Part shown: piece after piece, positions 62,777 through 64,000 of the stretch
Layout: every line of letters begins with the position of its first letter
How positions within the stretch are numbered: the first letter of the stretch is position 1
Source: Roseomonas sp.
GTDB lineage: Bacteria > Pseudomonadota > Alphaproteobacteria > Acetobacterales > Acetobacteraceae
Direction: 5' to 3'
DNA length: 64,000 bases
Assembly (NCBI GenBank): GCA_035565935.1
Contig: DATMRU010000032.1
Coordinates: forward strand, 22,436 to 86,435
Notes under the pieces: generated by a model
Database searches by the model: none
Told to the model about the DNA's origin: nothing
Seen by the model: the letters and a program-made list of their open reading frames with translations, nothing else
Translations under genes and position numbers: made by a program

Positions 62777-64000
62777 CTAGCGGCCCGGCGCCCGGCCCTG
62801 CAGCGTCTGCTCCGGCAGGCCCAGCACCAGCAGGAAGGCAGCGCTCATCACCACCCCGCTCAGCGTGAAACAGCCTGTCAGCGCCTGCCGATAGACGCTG
62901 CTGACCAGGGCCTGCTGCTCGGCGCTCAGGGCGGCCAGGGCCTGGATGCCCTCCCGCGTGATCGCCCCGACATCGAGCCCCGCCCCGATCGAGGCCGAGG
63001 CGGTGGCCAGGCGCGACGACATGATGGCGCCCGAGGCCGCGACGCCGACAGCGGCGCCGAGCGAGCGGAGAAAGGTCATCGCCCCCGTGGCGGCACCGAG
63101 TTCCTGGTGCGCCACCGCATTCTGCACCGCGGTGGTCAGGTTCGGCATGCCCATGCCCATCCCAAGGCCGAGCAGCCCCATGGAGACCAGGAAGGCGGCG
63201 GGCGGCGCGGCGAAATAGGCGAGCACGGCCAGGCTGGCCAGCGCCACCGCCTCCAGCCCCAGCCCGGCGAGGAGGAAGGCCTTGTTCCGGCCGAGCCGCG
63301 ACACCATCCGCCCGCCGATCACCGAGGTCAGCACCATGCCGACCACCTGCGGCAGCAGCATGGCCCCGGCCCGGGCCGGGCTCATGCCGTGCACGAGCTG
63401 GAAGTAGAGCGGCAGGAAGACGGTCGATCCCAGCATGGCGAAGGTCATCATTCCGCCCACCACCACGCCCCGGGTGAAGACCGGGTTGCGGAACAGCCGC
63501 AGCCGGATCAGCGGCTCCCCGGCCACGGCCTCGCGCCACAGGAAGAGCAGCAGCAGGACCAGCACCGTCAGCCCGAGCCCCGCGCTCTCCGCCGAGGCCC
63601 AGGGGAACTCGTTGCCGCCCCAGGTCAGCAGCAGCAGCAGCGCCGTCGTGCAGCCAGCGAGCAGCAGTGCCCCGCCATAGTCGATCTGGCGCGGCCGGGC
63701 ATTGGTCGGGCTGCGCAGCCCGATGCCGATCAGCACCAGGGCGAGAATGCCGATCGGCAGGTTCACATAGAAGACCCAGCGCCAGGACAGCGCCGAGGTG
63801 ATGATGCCCCCGAGCAGCGGCCCGGCCACGCTGGCCAGGGCGAAGGTCCCCGTGAAGAGGCCCTGGTAGCGCGGCCGCTCCCGCGGCGAGACGACGTCGC
63901 CGATCGAGGCCTGGGCCAGCACCAGGAGGCCGCCCGCCCCCAGCCCCTGCAGCGCCCGGAACCCGATCAGCTGCCCCATCGACTGCGCCAGCCCCGAAAG
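62777..64000 (-). CDS. DHA2/MDR-family MFS exporter, 5' end outside window
   Basis: FRALQGLGAGG, WRWVFYVNLPIG, IDYGG. Confidence 0.9.
   Translation of the reverse strand, partial: LSGLAQSMGQLIGFRALQGLGAGGLLVLAQASIGDVVSPRERPRYQGLFTGTFALASVAGPLLGGIITSALSWRWVFYVNLPIGILALVLIGIGLRSPTNARPRQIDYGGALLLAGCTTALLLLLTWGGNEFPWASAESAGLGLTVLVLLLLFLWREAVAGEPLIRLRLFRNPVFTRGVVVGGMMTFAMLGSTVFLPLYFQLVHGMSPARAGAMLLPQVVGMVLTSVIGGRMVSRLGRNKAFLLAGLGLEAVALASLAVLAYFAAPPAAFLVSMGLLGLGMGMGMPNLTTAVQNAVAHQELGAATGAMTFLRSLGAAVGVAASGAIMSSRLATASASIGAGLDVGAITREGIQALAALSAEQQALVSSVYRQALTGCFTLSGVVMSAAFLLVLGLPEQTLQGRAPGR

Noticed and set aside
1-64000. CRISPR array, reverse transcriptase/retron/DGR, IS transposase, rRNA
   Set aside because: No regularly spaced repeats, no YxDD RT motif in a plausible ORF, and no transposase or rRNA signature seen by eye

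Overview
High-GC alphaproteobacterial chromosome segment; gene content and REP style suggest a Roseomonas-like Acetobacteraceae host (inference). (1) 1-~18.2 kb is the right part of a lambdoid prophage with an HK97-type head: capsid, protease, portal, terminase, HNH, Q-like late regulator, replication initiator plus DnaB, cro/cI switch, early genes including GapR, xis-int, and an AT-richer P-loop ATPase moron. It ends at a 3' fragment of tRNA-Gly(GCC). (2) 18.16-25.59 kb is a second, apparently intact 7.4-kb integrative element bounded by a 48-bp direct repeat of that tRNA 3' end, with matching arm-type and IHF sites. It carries int, an antisense xis, HNH-like and ParB-like genes, a serine recombinase, an unannotated 31-aa membrane peptide and a SocAB-like toxin-antitoxin pair. 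(3) 25.6-64 kb is mostly metabolic backbone: ankyrin-deaminase-CynX, FUSC, an unusual adenylation-carrier-MdoC fusion, a lone Sir2, endonuclease III, a complete respiratory nitrate reductase operon with a Crp/Fnr regulator, Pit phosphate uptake and several orphan catabolic clusters. All family assignments are from motif recognition by eye; no database search was run.
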